Of a DNA stretch of 42,550 nt, positions 7,153 to 15,622 are shown one piece after another (positions within the stretch are counted from its first letter, which is position 1; the number at the start of each line of letters is the position of its first letter). The notes beneath the pieces are model-generated. The model saw only the letters and a list, made by a program, of their open reading frames with translations. It was not told the origin of the DNA and ran no database searches. The stretch comes from a virus, in IMG/VR virus record IMGVR_UViG_3300045988_119148. One strand, given 5' to 3'. Position numbers and translations under genes: made by a program.

Positions 7153-7821
7153 ATGAGCGAGAAAAAAGAAAGCGCAAACGTAATGCCGATACCGTCGGAA
7201 AAGTCGTTTGCATTATCGAAAGTCAAGACGTTAAAAGACGGCGGATTGGACGTGCATTATGAAGTTACCGAAACCGTCGGTAATGAGAGTTACACGAATA
7301 AATACCACGTCGAAAGCGCAAAGGACATACACCCGGATTTGCGCAATTGCTTTGACAGGTTGCGCCCAATTATGGGACGTATATTTAATATTACGTCGTT
7401 CTTGTCGGTTATTGAATCTACGGATTTCAAGGCTAACAAAAAACAGCAGGATTTTGCGCGTGATTATGCCGATGAGGTTCTTAAAAATATAGAGGTTCGC
7501 GGCGTGTCTTTGAGTGGGCAGGATGATAATGTAGGTGTTATTCTTACGGGGTTATATACCGTCTATAATAACATGAAAACGGCCATTAATAGTCCACGCA
7601 TTAAATTAAGCTCTGTTAGTTTCGGGTTCGAAGAAGAATTAGAAGATATTCTTTCCGAAATCGAAAGCGAAGTTTATTTGTTCCTGTTTAAAGGGAAACG
7701 GGCGCAATTATCATTGTTTGGCGAGGACGGAGAGCCAACTCCGGAGGCCTACGCTGAAACATATCAGGCGGACGACACAGAGCCGGAAGAAGAGGACGAC
7801 GATACAGAAGAAGATTATTAA
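7153..7821 (+). CDS. Hypothetical protein with a strongly acidic C-terminal tail
   Basis: 222 aa. The tail is DDTEPEEEDDDTEEDY, ending in an aromatic residue. Confidence 0.6.
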   Translation: MSEKKESANVMPIPSEKSFALSKVKTLKDGGLDVHYEVTETVGNESYTNKYHVESAKDIHPDLRNCFDRLRPIMGRIFNITSFLSVIESTDFKANKKQQDFARDYADEVLKNIEVRGVSLSGQDDNVGVILTGLYTVYNNMKTAINSPRIKLSSVSFGFEEELEDILSEIESEVYLFLFKGKRAQLSLFGEDGEPTPEAYAETYQADDTEPEEEDDDTEEDY

Positions 7822-7823
7822 AA

Positions 7824-8255
7824 ATGATTCAGATTAGAGACCGCGAAGAATATGACTACGCAACTAAGAGGGGCTTTAATCCTCTCTTAGATTACAAACA
7901 TTTCAAAATGGATATAAGGTTACGCATAGAGATACAAAATGAGCTTTTCGGGCGTGGCGTTATTGATACGATGAAAGCAAATGAAAAGTTTTTCCGTTGG
8001 ATTTGGGCGAATAAACCGCATTATTGCGAAGAGACATTAAGGCCGTTATATAATTATTCTGCCGTATATTGTTCGCACATATTAACCCGTGGCGCGTATC
8101 CTGAAATGGCAACAGACCCACGAAATATAAATATACTGTGTTTTGAGGCTCATAGCCGGTGGGAAAACGGCGACCGTGAAAGAATGCGAATATATCCGGG
8201 AAACTGTATGCTAATCGATTTAATGAAAAAAGAATATCTATCTTTGTATAAATGA
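7824..8255 (+). CDS. Hypothetical protein, weak HNH-like nuclease signature
   Basis: 143 aa. CSHILTRG...DPRNINILCFEAHSRWENG loosely resembles an H-N-H core. Confidence 0.4.
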   Translation: MIQIRDREEYDYATKRGFNPLLDYKHFKMDIRLRIEIQNELFGRGVIDTMKANEKFFRWIWANKPHYCEETLRPLYNYSAVYCSHILTRGAYPEMATDPRNINILCFEAHSRWENGDRERMRIYPGNCMLIDLMKKEYLSLYK

Positions 8256-8599
8256 GACTTAAAAAAAGAGAAACGGATTTTAGGGCTATTTCACGCGATT
8301 CTATGCGTCGCGACTTTAATAGGGTACAAACATACCACCAAAAGGAAAAAAGGCCGGAAATCAAAAAACAGCCTGAATTAAATGCGGTTCGCCGGATAGC
8401 TTTTATAGGTGAAAATAGTAGCTACTACAAACAGCGTTTTTTAATTGTGGGTAAATTGGTCCGCATAATAAAACCCATCGAAACCGGAGGGTTTATATGT
8501 GAGTTCGTGCATGATGCAGACCGTAGGGCGTTAAATGACCGCGCAGGATGGTCTGATATGAAAAAAGAGTATTTGTTTGACTGTATAAAATTTAAATGA
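8252..8599 (+). CDS. Hypothetical basic protein
   Basis: 115-aa ORF with an ATGA overlap to the upstream gene. Confidence 0.5.
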   Translation: MRLKKRETDFRAISRDSMRRDFNRVQTYHQKEKRPEIKKQPELNAVRRIAFIGENSSYYKQRFLIVGKLVRIIKPIETGGFICEFVHDADRRALNDRAGWSDMKKEYLFDCIKFK

Positions 8600-8600
8600 T

Positions 8601-8723
8601 ATGAAGATTAAAACGAAAACAGCGTATAAGGTTACGTTTATTGGATTTTGTGTATTTACTATTGCCGCATATATATGGGCTGTTTATAGTCTCATGTATG
8701 CTATAATATCTGCTGTGTTATGA
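8601..8723 (+). CDS. Small single-pass membrane protein (40 aa)
   Basis: Absent from the ORF track because it is under 60 aa. MKIKTKTAYKVTFIGFCVFTIAAYIWAVYSLMYAIISAVL. It fills the gap exactly and its stop overlaps the ssb start (ATGA). Confidence 0.45.
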   Translation: MKIKTKTAYKVTFIGFCVFTIAAYIWAVYSLMYAIISAVL

Positions 8724-9139
8724 GTTTAAATAAGGTTATGTTAATAGGTAATTCCGGAAGGAAGCCGGATTACAAACAGTTTGAGAACGGCGGTAGGGTT
8801 GCGCAGTTCAGTATTGCAACAACAAAGAAAGGATATACCGCGAAAGACGGAACGGTAATACCTGATAAAACCGAATGGCATAATATCGTATTACAAAATG
8901 GGTTGGCCGATGTAGCGAATAACTATATAAACAAAGGCACCAAAGTGTATATAGAAGGCGAGTTAAGGACACGCAGCTATCAGGACGCGCAAGGAATAAC
9001 CCGATATATTACGGAGGTGTATGGTTATAGCATGGAATTATTAACCCCCAAGGGATACGAAAATAAGCCACCTACACCGGAGACGGAAATGGCACCAAGT
9101 AACGGGCATAATAACCCAAATGACGATTTACCATTCTAA
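8720..9139 (+). CDS. ssb: Single-stranded DNA-binding protein
   Basis: NKVMLIGNSGRKPDYKQFENGGRVAQFSIAT...TEWHNIV...KGTKVYIEGELRTRSY is a canonical OB-fold SSB, with the acidic C-terminal tip DDLPF. Confidence 0.9.
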   Translation: MSLNKVMLIGNSGRKPDYKQFENGGRVAQFSIATTKKGYTAKDGTVIPDKTEWHNIVLQNGLADVANNYINKGTKVYIEGELRTRSYQDAQGITRYITEVYGYSMELLTPKGYENKPPTPETEMAPSNGHNNPNDDLPF

Positions 9140-9154
9140 GAAAGGAGGTTTATT

Positions 9155-9670
9155 ATGGCAGAGTATGAATCCTATGATATATATAAGGCGTTAACAGTAA
9201 AACAACCGTATGCAAATGACCTCGTAACGGTTGCCTACCAGGAAGACGGAGTAAATTATGGCATTAAAAGTATTGAGGTTAGAAGCCGTAACACACATTA
9301 TAGAGGAGACCTTCTTATATGTTCTTCGGCAAAACCTGTATATCCTTATTTGATAAGTGGTGCGGCTTTGGGTTTGGTAGAACTGTATGACGTTAAACGG
9401 ATTGAGGATTTCACGGAGGACGATTGGTTATGTACACGTATTCCAATAAAAAAACGAGCGGAAATAAAGTCCGGTTACGGTTGGATGATGCGTAACCCCC
9501 GTAAAGTTATAGAAGTGCCTGTAAAGGGGAAATTAGGCATGGATAATATACCCTTTATGGAGGGGGAAATAATACCGTATCCTCAACGTATTTTCTTAGA
9601 TAAAAAAGGGTATTATGATATTATGAAAAGTGTATTAGACCATGAGAATAAGCAGGCCGGAAAAGTTTGA
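9155..9670 (+). CDS. ASCH (PUA-like) domain protein
   Basis: ALTVKQPYANDLV...KSIEVRSRNTHYRGDLLICSS matches the ASCH pattern (KQPWA ... E.R ... G.L.I). AGGAGG lies 6 nt upstream of the ATG. Confidence 0.6.
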   Translation: MAEYESYDIYKALTVKQPYANDLVTVAYQEDGVNYGIKSIEVRSRNTHYRGDLLICSSAKPVYPYLISGAALGLVELYDVKRIEDFTEDDWLCTRIPIKKRAEIKSGYGWMMRNPRKVIEVPVKGKLGMDNIPFMEGEIIPYPQRIFLDKKGYYDIMKSVLDHENKQAGKV

Positions 9671-9893
9671 TGCAAGGAAGGAGTATAGGGTAGGCGAACG
9701 TGCCATTTATAAAGGGGAAGTAATAAAATGCGTGCAATGCTCACAGGAGTTGAAAAGAATGGGCAAAAGATGCTGTGTTTGTGTGATTTCCGCAGAGGAA
9801 TGCCCAACGATTAGCCTTCACTGTGATACGTTTAGTAGAAAGGACAAGAAAAATACATATTGGATAAAACAAAATACACATGGAAGAGATTAG
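9642..9893 (+). CDS. Small Cys-rich protein
   Basis: 83 aa with CVQC ... CCVC ... C motifs. 29-nt overlap with the upstream gene. Confidence 0.45.
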   Translation: MRISRPEKFDARKEYRVGERAIYKGEVIKCVQCSQELKRMGKRCCVCVISAEECPTISLHCDTFSRKDKKNTYWIKQNTHGRD

Positions 9894-10890
9894 ATTAAAA
9901 GCTACTGAAAAAGAAATCGTATCAATGATAAAAAGCATCTTTGATAAAGATGTAGTTACACGAACTGATAACGATTTGTTATTAGTTGAAGTCGATATAG
10001 AAAATGTTCTTCGTAGTTATGTGCAAGCGGTGGTAAATGTAGTCCGTGTAAAGTTGGGCGATAAGCTTTTCGATATAAAAGAGGATGGCGAGACGTTAAC
10101 CATCATGATAAAAGATACAGTGTTAGCAGAGCCTGAATATAAATCGGATGATTTTTGTTATAATACCGTGGGGCGTGATATTTACGCCGTATATGTAGAT
10201 AGGGAGAATCTATTGCGGCTAAACAAGTTCACCGGCGGCGGCGAATTTATCATGAATGAAAGTACAGATAAAGAGGCGTTCTTTAGATTCATGACACCAC
10301 AAGGCGCGTATATGGTTCCGGCCGGCGATTATTTAGTATACGATGATTGGAAAGAACGTTTCTATAATGTAACTAAAGAAGACTTTGAACGTCAAGCGCG
10401 CCTTAAACAGCCGGACTTATCCGGAATATCGGGGTTCTCTGATTACTTAGATAAGAAATACGGCTTAGACGTAAGAAAGCGAGCAATAAAGTTAGAAGAA
10501 GAATACAACGAATTAAAAGAAGCTCTTTCTCCGTATGTGGATACGGGGTGCATGGATTATAAAGCTTTAGCGCATATTATAGATGAATTGGCCGACGTGA
10601 ATTTATTAATCTATCATATAGCGCACTTATTCGGCTATACTCAAAAACAACTTCTTTTAATGGCAAAAGATAAGATAGAGAAACGAGAAAAAGAGCCGTT
10701 ATATAAAAGAGACGTTAAGCCTAAAGAAGTATGCTGCGGAAGCTGTAAATATTTGGAATATGAGGATATAACCGGTAATGGCGTGTGTCGGGAAGATGGC
10801 GATTTACACGGCGTAGGGGATTGTTGCAGTATGTATAAACCGGATATTAAAACAGAAGAAATAACAAGTCATGACAGAAATAACAGATAA
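9880..10890 (+). CDS. MazG-like nucleotide pyrophosphohydrolase domain protein with extra N-terminal and Cys-rich C-terminal regions
   Basis: KLEEEYNELKEAL ... IIDELADVNLLIYHIA fits the EExxE...DExxD MazG helix pair. The C-terminus is CCGSCKY...GVCRED...CCSMY. Confidence 0.6.
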   Translation: MEEIRLKATEKEIVSMIKSIFDKDVVTRTDNDLLLVEVDIENVLRSYVQAVVNVVRVKLGDKLFDIKEDGETLTIMIKDTVLAEPEYKSDDFCYNTVGRDIYAVYVDRENLLRLNKFTGGGEFIMNESTDKEAFFRFMTPQGAYMVPAGDYLVYDDWKERFYNVTKEDFERQARLKQPDLSGISGFSDYLDKKYGLDVRKRAIKLEEEYNELKEALSPYVDTGCMDYKALAHIIDELADVNLLIYHIAHLFGYTQKQLLLMAKDKIEKREKEPLYKRDVKPKEVCCGSCKYLEYEDITGNGVCREDGDLHGVGDCCSMYKPDIKTEEITSHDRNNR

Positions 10891-11521
10891 ACCACTAAGA
10901 CGGTTAAGGCACGGGTATAGACGTACCCCCGAACAACGCGAGAATGATTTAGTATTTTGTACTGACTTGTTTTTGAAGGGCTATTCATATAGGCAAATAT
11001 CCGATTTATTAAACAAGCGTAACGCAAAAATGGGACTGGATTACGCTATAGTCCCTCCTATGAGAGTGTACAAGGATTTAAAGCAACTTTTGATTAATTG
11101 GAAACGTGAGCATGAAGAAAACATAGACCTATATATAACAAAAGAGCTTTCTAAGCTTGATAAAATAGAGGCCGAATTATGGGACGCGTGGGAAAGGTCT
11201 AAAAAGCGCATAGTTAGTAAGATAAGGCAATCAGGATTAAAAACGGAGAGAAGTGAAATATTTGCCGGAAATCCGCGTTACTTAGATTTGGTTTTGTCCG
11301 TTCAACAAAGACGCGCTAAATTGTTGGGATTGGATGCTCCGGTAAAGGTAGACCTGCCGAATGTCAACGTATCGGTAGATTCAAGTAGCCCGAAATATGA
11401 TATTTCAGTAATACCGAATGATATGTTATTTGTCATAGCCGACAAATTACAAAACGCGGAATATGAACGTTTAATGATAGAAAAGAATGGCGATAAGAAA
11501 ACAGAGGAAGAAGGAGAATAA
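10871..11521 (+). CDS. Putative terminase small subunit / DNA-binding packaging protein
   Basis: 216 aa with an HTH-like segment KGYSYRQISDLLNK. It lies upstream of the large terminase. The call rests on position only. Confidence 0.4.
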   Translation: MTEITDKPLRRLRHGYRRTPEQRENDLVFCTDLFLKGYSYRQISDLLNKRNAKMGLDYAIVPPMRVYKDLKQLLINWKREHEENIDLYITKELSKLDKIEAELWDAWERSKKRIVSKIRQSGLKTERSEIFAGNPRYLDLVLSVQQRRAKLLGLDAPVKVDLPNVNVSVDSSSPKYDISVIPNDMLFVIADKLQNAEYERLMIEKNGDKKTEEEGE

Positions 11522-11732
11522 GAAGGCGTATCATTGCGGAGAATGCCGTTTCGGGCAGTGGATTACTGATAACCATAGACATTATGACTTATTAGGCCGG
11601 CCGATTTGTGTAAGATGTCATTTCACAAATGAATATATGGTTAGAAGTGAACGTGCTTGTTACCGATTTGAGCCTAAAAAAGATTTAACAAACGGTTTTT
11701 ATCCGCCCGCGGAGCTATGTGAGACTAAGTAA
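11487..11732 (+). CDS. Small zinc-ribbon protein
   Basis: 81 aa with CGEC ... CVRC. Confidence 0.45.
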   Translation: MAIRKQRKKENKKAYHCGECRFGQWITDNHRHYDLLGRPICVRCHFTNEYMVRSERACYRFEPKKDLTNGFYPPAELCETK

Positions 11733-11774
11733 TTATAAATCAGCCGAAAGAAAAATATTTAATATTATGAAATT

Positions 11775-12086
11775 ATGGAACAAATAAAGGTAAAAAAGGC
11801 CGTGACGCATGAAACATGGAATAGAATAGAGGTGCAAATACTACGGGATGAGTACAGAGTCAGCACAATAGATGAGATTTCAAAGAAAATACCCCGTCAT
11901 ACCAAGCGCGGAATATATCAGAAGGCAAAATCATTGGGGCTTATGAGAAAACAAATAGACCCTAAAGAGTATCATAACCCCAAATATAGCAAAATGTCGA
12001 TTAAGGAGCAGGCCATAGAAATGGGGGTTAGTTATGCCGCTGTTTGGGAACATACCACAAAGAAAGGGAGGTATTACAAGAAATGA
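11775..12086 (+). CDS. Myb/SANT-like HTH protein
   Basis: WNRIEVQILRDEY...IDEISKKIPRHTKRGIYQKAKSLGL, plus a second HTH-like segment IKEQAIEMGVSYAAVWEH. The stop overlaps the terL start. Confidence 0.5.
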   Translation: MEQIKVKKAVTHETWNRIEVQILRDEYRVSTIDEISKKIPRHTKRGIYQKAKSLGLMRKQIDPKEYHNPKYSKMSIKEQAIEMGVSYAAVWEHTTKKGRYYKK

Positions 12087-14620
12087 AAAAGGACGAATTA
12101 TTAAAGATGTATTCTGCAATAAAAGACAATTCAGAGCTTTTTGTATTAGAGGCCGGTCGAAAGCGTCTAATTAACTTTGCAAGATACATACAGCCGGATT
12201 TAGTATTAGAGCCTTTCCACGTAGTATATTATACGTTGTTGGATATGTTTGCGCACGGGTTAATACGCAAAATGATAGTGCAGGCGCCCCCTCAGCATGG
12301 CAAGGAGATTTCTGATAATGAGGAAGTTATAACCCCTAATGGGTTTGTTAAACATGGGGATTTAAAAGTAGGAGATTATGTATTAGGAAGAGACGGATTG
12401 CCTAAAAAGGTTTTATGGGTGTCACCTAAAACTAAATCCGAATATATGGTTTCGTTTTCTGATGGCTCTAAAATAGAATGCCACGGTAATCATGAATGGG
12501 TAGTATATAATCGAACAAGGCATAAATGGGAAAGAGTAGAAACAAAACAAATATATCAGGAAGGAAGGTTATATAAGGGAGACGGGAAGAGAGGTTCACG
12601 CTATAAATACCAAGTTGATGCTAATGTATGTGTAAAATTCAATGATAGGGAAACCGGAATAGACCCGTATTTATTTGGCGTATGGCTTGGGGATGGCTGT
12701 GCGACATGTGGATATATTCATATAGGTAATAATGATATAGAAATAATTAATAATAGTGCTTATAACTTTCATGAATTAAAGGGAACTACTACACGTAAGT
12801 TTTATTCAAGTGAATTTTATAAGGCGTTAAAAGAAAATGGTTATATAAAGAAAAAGCATATAGGGGATGAATTTGTATTTAATTCCATAGAAGTAAGAAA
12901 GCAAGTTATTGCCGGATTGATTGATACGGACGGGTATGTATATCAGAAAAACGGACGTGTAACAATAAGCAACACGAATAAGGATATAATAGACCGGTCG
13001 GCTTTGATATTGCGGAGTTTAGGAGAAAGTGTCGTTATTACAAGTTTCCCCACTCGTGTATCAAGTAGCGGAGTTGTAGGCAAAAAAGTTGTATATCAGT
13101 TGTGCTTCAACCCCTCTACCGAATACCCTACAAGGGTGGCGAGAAAACGTATAGTAATTAAAAGTAGAAAACGAAGACGGTCTATTATAAGCATAGAGCC
13201 TATAAAACATGAAGCGTATGGGAATTGTATTCAGGTAGAAGACGGAATTTATTTAGTTGGTCGTAATTTCGTACCTACGCATAACAGCGAAGGCTCAAGC
13301 CGAATGACTCCGGCCTTTATATTAGGATTGGACCCCAATAAAAAAATATGTATCGGTTCGTATGCGGCAACAATAGCCAGAGACTTTAATAGAGACGTTC
13401 AAAGGATAATCGATACGCCGGAATATAGAAAATTATTCCCTAATACGTTTCTAAATGGGTCTAATGTCGTTACAATGGCTAACACGTACTTACGAAATAG
13501 CGATGTTATAGAGATGGTCGGAAAGAAAGGAAGTCTTCGCGTTGTCGGGCGCGGAGGCTCTTTGACTTCTAAAACGGTGGATATTTCTATATTGGACGAT
13601 GTATATAAAGACTATTCGGAAGGGAATAGTCCAATAGTTCGTAATGCGGCGTGGAAATGGTACACAACAGTAGTAAGGACGCGTTTACATAATGAATCGC
13701 AGGAACTAATCGTTTTCACTCGTTGGCATGAAGATGATTTAATAGGCCGAATCGAAAAAAGCGGAGAAAAGGTCATAGATATAAAAACGTGGGAAGATGT
13801 TGCGAATATACCGCCTGGCGCATGGGTACGTATAAACTTTGAAGCATTGAAAACGAGTGCCCCCACAGAGATAGACCCACGGCAACCCGGGGAGGCTTTA
13901 TGGGAAAATAGACATAGCCGGTTAAAATTAGAGGCCCAAAAGGCTTTAGACCCCGTACAATTTCAGTGCTTGTACCAAGGAAACCCCGGAAGCGCGGAGG
14001 GTCGCTTATATCAACATTCATTCAAAACATGGATAGAAAAAAAAGATTGGGGTACTTATGTACGTTCCGGCAATTATACCGACGTGGCCGACGAAGGGGA
14101 CGATTACACATTTTCGGCATGTTATGATATATATATGAGCGGAAACGAGGTATTCAATGAAAAGCTCCGGCGATGGGAGCCTATTTTATACGCTCTCATT
14201 ACGGATATGGAATACACGCAAGAAAATACGGAGGTAACGGCTGTGACTATTCCGGCCATGATTAACCGTAATGGGACGCAAAAGGCATGGATAGAAAGTA
14301 ATAACGGCGGTGCCGGTTTTGAAAAGTTAGTGACCAAGAAAGTACGCGCAATTACGGAAGCCTTTTATCAAGGTGGAAACAAAGAAAGCCGGATTATTAC
14401 AAATAGTGCTATGGTTAACGCGCAGATAATTATGCCTTTTGGGTGGGAAACGCGGTATAAAGATATATATAATCATGTGACAACGTTTCTACGGGATTTC
14501 TCCGCAAATGCACATGATGATATAGAGGACGGATTAACCGGTATATATGAAAAAGAATTAATGAACGGTAATACTCGCTCTTATGCGCACGGAAATAGGG
14601 GCGTAAAGGTACGAAATTGA
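12083..14620 (+). CDS. terL: Terminase large subunit, interrupted by an intein in the Walker A loop
   Basis: The start ATG at 12083 overlaps the upstream stop (ATGA). N-extein ...QAPPQHGK joined to C-extein SEGSSRMTPAF... restores a P-loop, PPQHGKS. A Walker-B-like ISILDD and a C-terminal nuclease-size domain follow. The gene sits upstream of the portal and head genes. Confidence 0.8.
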   Translation: MKKDELLKMYSAIKDNSELFVLEAGRKRLINFARYIQPDLVLEPFHVVYYTLLDMFAHGLIRKMIVQAPPQHGKEISDNEEVITPNGFVKHGDLKVGDYVLGRDGLPKKVLWVSPKTKSEYMVSFSDGSKIECHGNHEWVVYNRTRHKWERVETKQIYQEGRLYKGDGKRGSRYKYQVDANVCVKFNDRETGIDPYLFGVWLGDGCATCGYIHIGNNDIEIINNSAYNFHELKGTTTRKFYSSEFYKALKENGYIKKKHIGDEFVFNSIEVRKQVIAGLIDTDGYVYQKNGRVTISNTNKDIIDRSALILRSLGESVVITSFPTRVSSSGVVGKKVVYQLCFNPSTEYPTRVARKRIVIKSRKRRRSIISIEPIKHEAYGNCIQVEDGIYLVGRNFVPTHNSEGSSRMTPAFILGLDPNKKICIGSYAATIARDFNRDVQRIIDTPEYRKLFPNTFLNGSNVVTMANTYLRNSDVIEMVGKKGSLRVVGRGGSLTSKTVDISILDDVYKDYSEGNSPIVRNAAWKWYTTVVRTRLHNESQELIVFTRWHEDDLIGRIEKSGEKVIDIKTWEDVANIPPGAWVRINFEALKTSAPTEIDPRQPGEALWENRHSRLKLEAQKALDPVQFQCLYQGNPGSAEGRLYQHSFKTWIEKKDWGTYVRSGNYTDVADEGDDYTFSACYDIYMSGNEVFNEKLRRWEPILYALITDMEYTQENTEVTAVTIPAMINRNGTQKAWIESNNGGAGFEKLVTKKVRAITEAFYQGGNKESRIITNSAMVNAQIIMPFGWETRYKDIYNHVTTFLRDFSANAHDDIEDGLTGIYEKELMNGNTRSYAHGNRGVKVRN
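12305..13285 (+). mobile_element. Intein (about 327 aa) with a LAGLIDADG homing endonuclease domain, class-3-like (WCT) signature
   Basis: C-terminal ...NFVPTHN|S junction. Block B is GSKIECHGNHEW (His B:10, Trp B:12). Block F is GNCIQVED (Cys at the F:4 position). Block G has Thr before HN. LAGLIDADG motifs are LFGVWLGDGCA and IAGLIDTDGYV. The N-terminal boundary is uncertain by about 2 aa. Confidence 0.85.
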
Positions 14621-14671
14621 CAAATATATAAAATTAAGTCATTAATATGTAGGTAAATAAAGCTTTTTTTA

Positions 14672-14679
14672 TACCTTTG
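14672..14679 (+). promoter_or_regulatory. Candidate late promoter P3 (-7 box TACCTTTG)
   Basis: A TAnnTTTG match in the 130-bp gap after terL. The -33 element is poor. Confidence 0.4.
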
Positions 14680-14750
14680 CCTATGTAGAAGTATATGGCA
14701 CATCCTAAAGGAGAATTTATCAAATTAGTATTAACAAAAAAAAATTGATT

Positions 14751-15404
14751 ATGATTTGCGAATGTCCAGCAGCAGCGGCGATTCCTACAATACCCGTTGC
14801 AAATTGTGTAGAAAGTTTCGGTCAGATTCAAAAGGTTGCATTTCAACGCCTCGTAAAAGAAAATGGAACTAAAAATGCTTTTGATAGCGCAGCAGATCCA
14901 AAGAAGGATATTAAGGCGCTTGCTTCGTGGACTGGCTTTATTTCGGCTAACGATAGTACAAAGATTGCTATTTCGCCCTATATTCAGGCACCGACGGCAG
15001 AAGGTGGCGCGCCTCGTACTTATGGCGGTGGCAATGACACGTTAGGCGGTGTTGAAGAAATTATCGGCCGTGAGGTTACGCCGTTTACCGGTGTTATCCG
15101 TAAATCGCCCCAAAACATCATAAAGGCTTTGAAGGAACTCCAGTGCGAAAGCTGGGCGGATAATTTGGGCGTATTTCTGTTTGATGAAAACGGAGCAATC
15201 GGTGCAATTAAAGACACAGCAGTAGCAACGAAATTTTATCCGATTCCTATTCGCGCTTTGTTTATCGGTGACAAAACATTAGGCGGCTTAGAAGCCCCCG
15301 ACAGCAACGCGATACAATGGAGCTTCTTGCCTAACTGGTCGGATGATTTGGTAATTATCGCCCCCGGATTTAATCCTTTGACAGACCTAAAACCGGCAGG
15401 ATAA
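14751..15404 (+). CDS. Hypothetical structural protein
   Basis: ATG at 14751 (the track starts at TTG 14745). About 217 aa, Gly/Ala-rich, first gene after P3. Confidence 0.6.
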   Translation: MICECPAAAAIPTIPVANCVESFGQIQKVAFQRLVKENGTKNAFDSAADPKKDIKALASWTGFISANDSTKIAISPYIQAPTAEGGAPRTYGGGNDTLGGVEEIIGREVTPFTGVIRKSPQNIIKALKELQCESWADNLGVFLFDENGAIGAIKDTAVATKFYPIPIRALFIGDKTLGGLEAPDSNAIQWSFLPNWSDDLVIIAPGFNPLTDLKPAG

Positions 15405-15622
15405 TGGGAAAGTCTACGAAAGTCCGGTTATGTTGTCCAAAATACAACATGTCGGAGGATTTTGAGATAGCACACGCGGAGAGGCTTTTAATGATGCCTA
15501 ATAATGGCGGATGGGAGCTTCCGAAAGATTCAACCTTTGAATTTACTAAGGAAAATGGGATTAGACATAAGCGAGATAAAAAAGCAGATAACAGAGCCGA
15601 AGAAACGCCAAGTAATCAATAG
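15404..15622 (+). CDS. Hypothetical small protein
   Basis: 72 aa. TAATG overlap with the upstream gene. Confidence 0.45.
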   Translation: MGKSTKVRLCCPKYNMSEDFEIAHAERLLMMPNNGGWELPKDSTFEFTKENGIRHKRDKKADNRAEETPSNQ

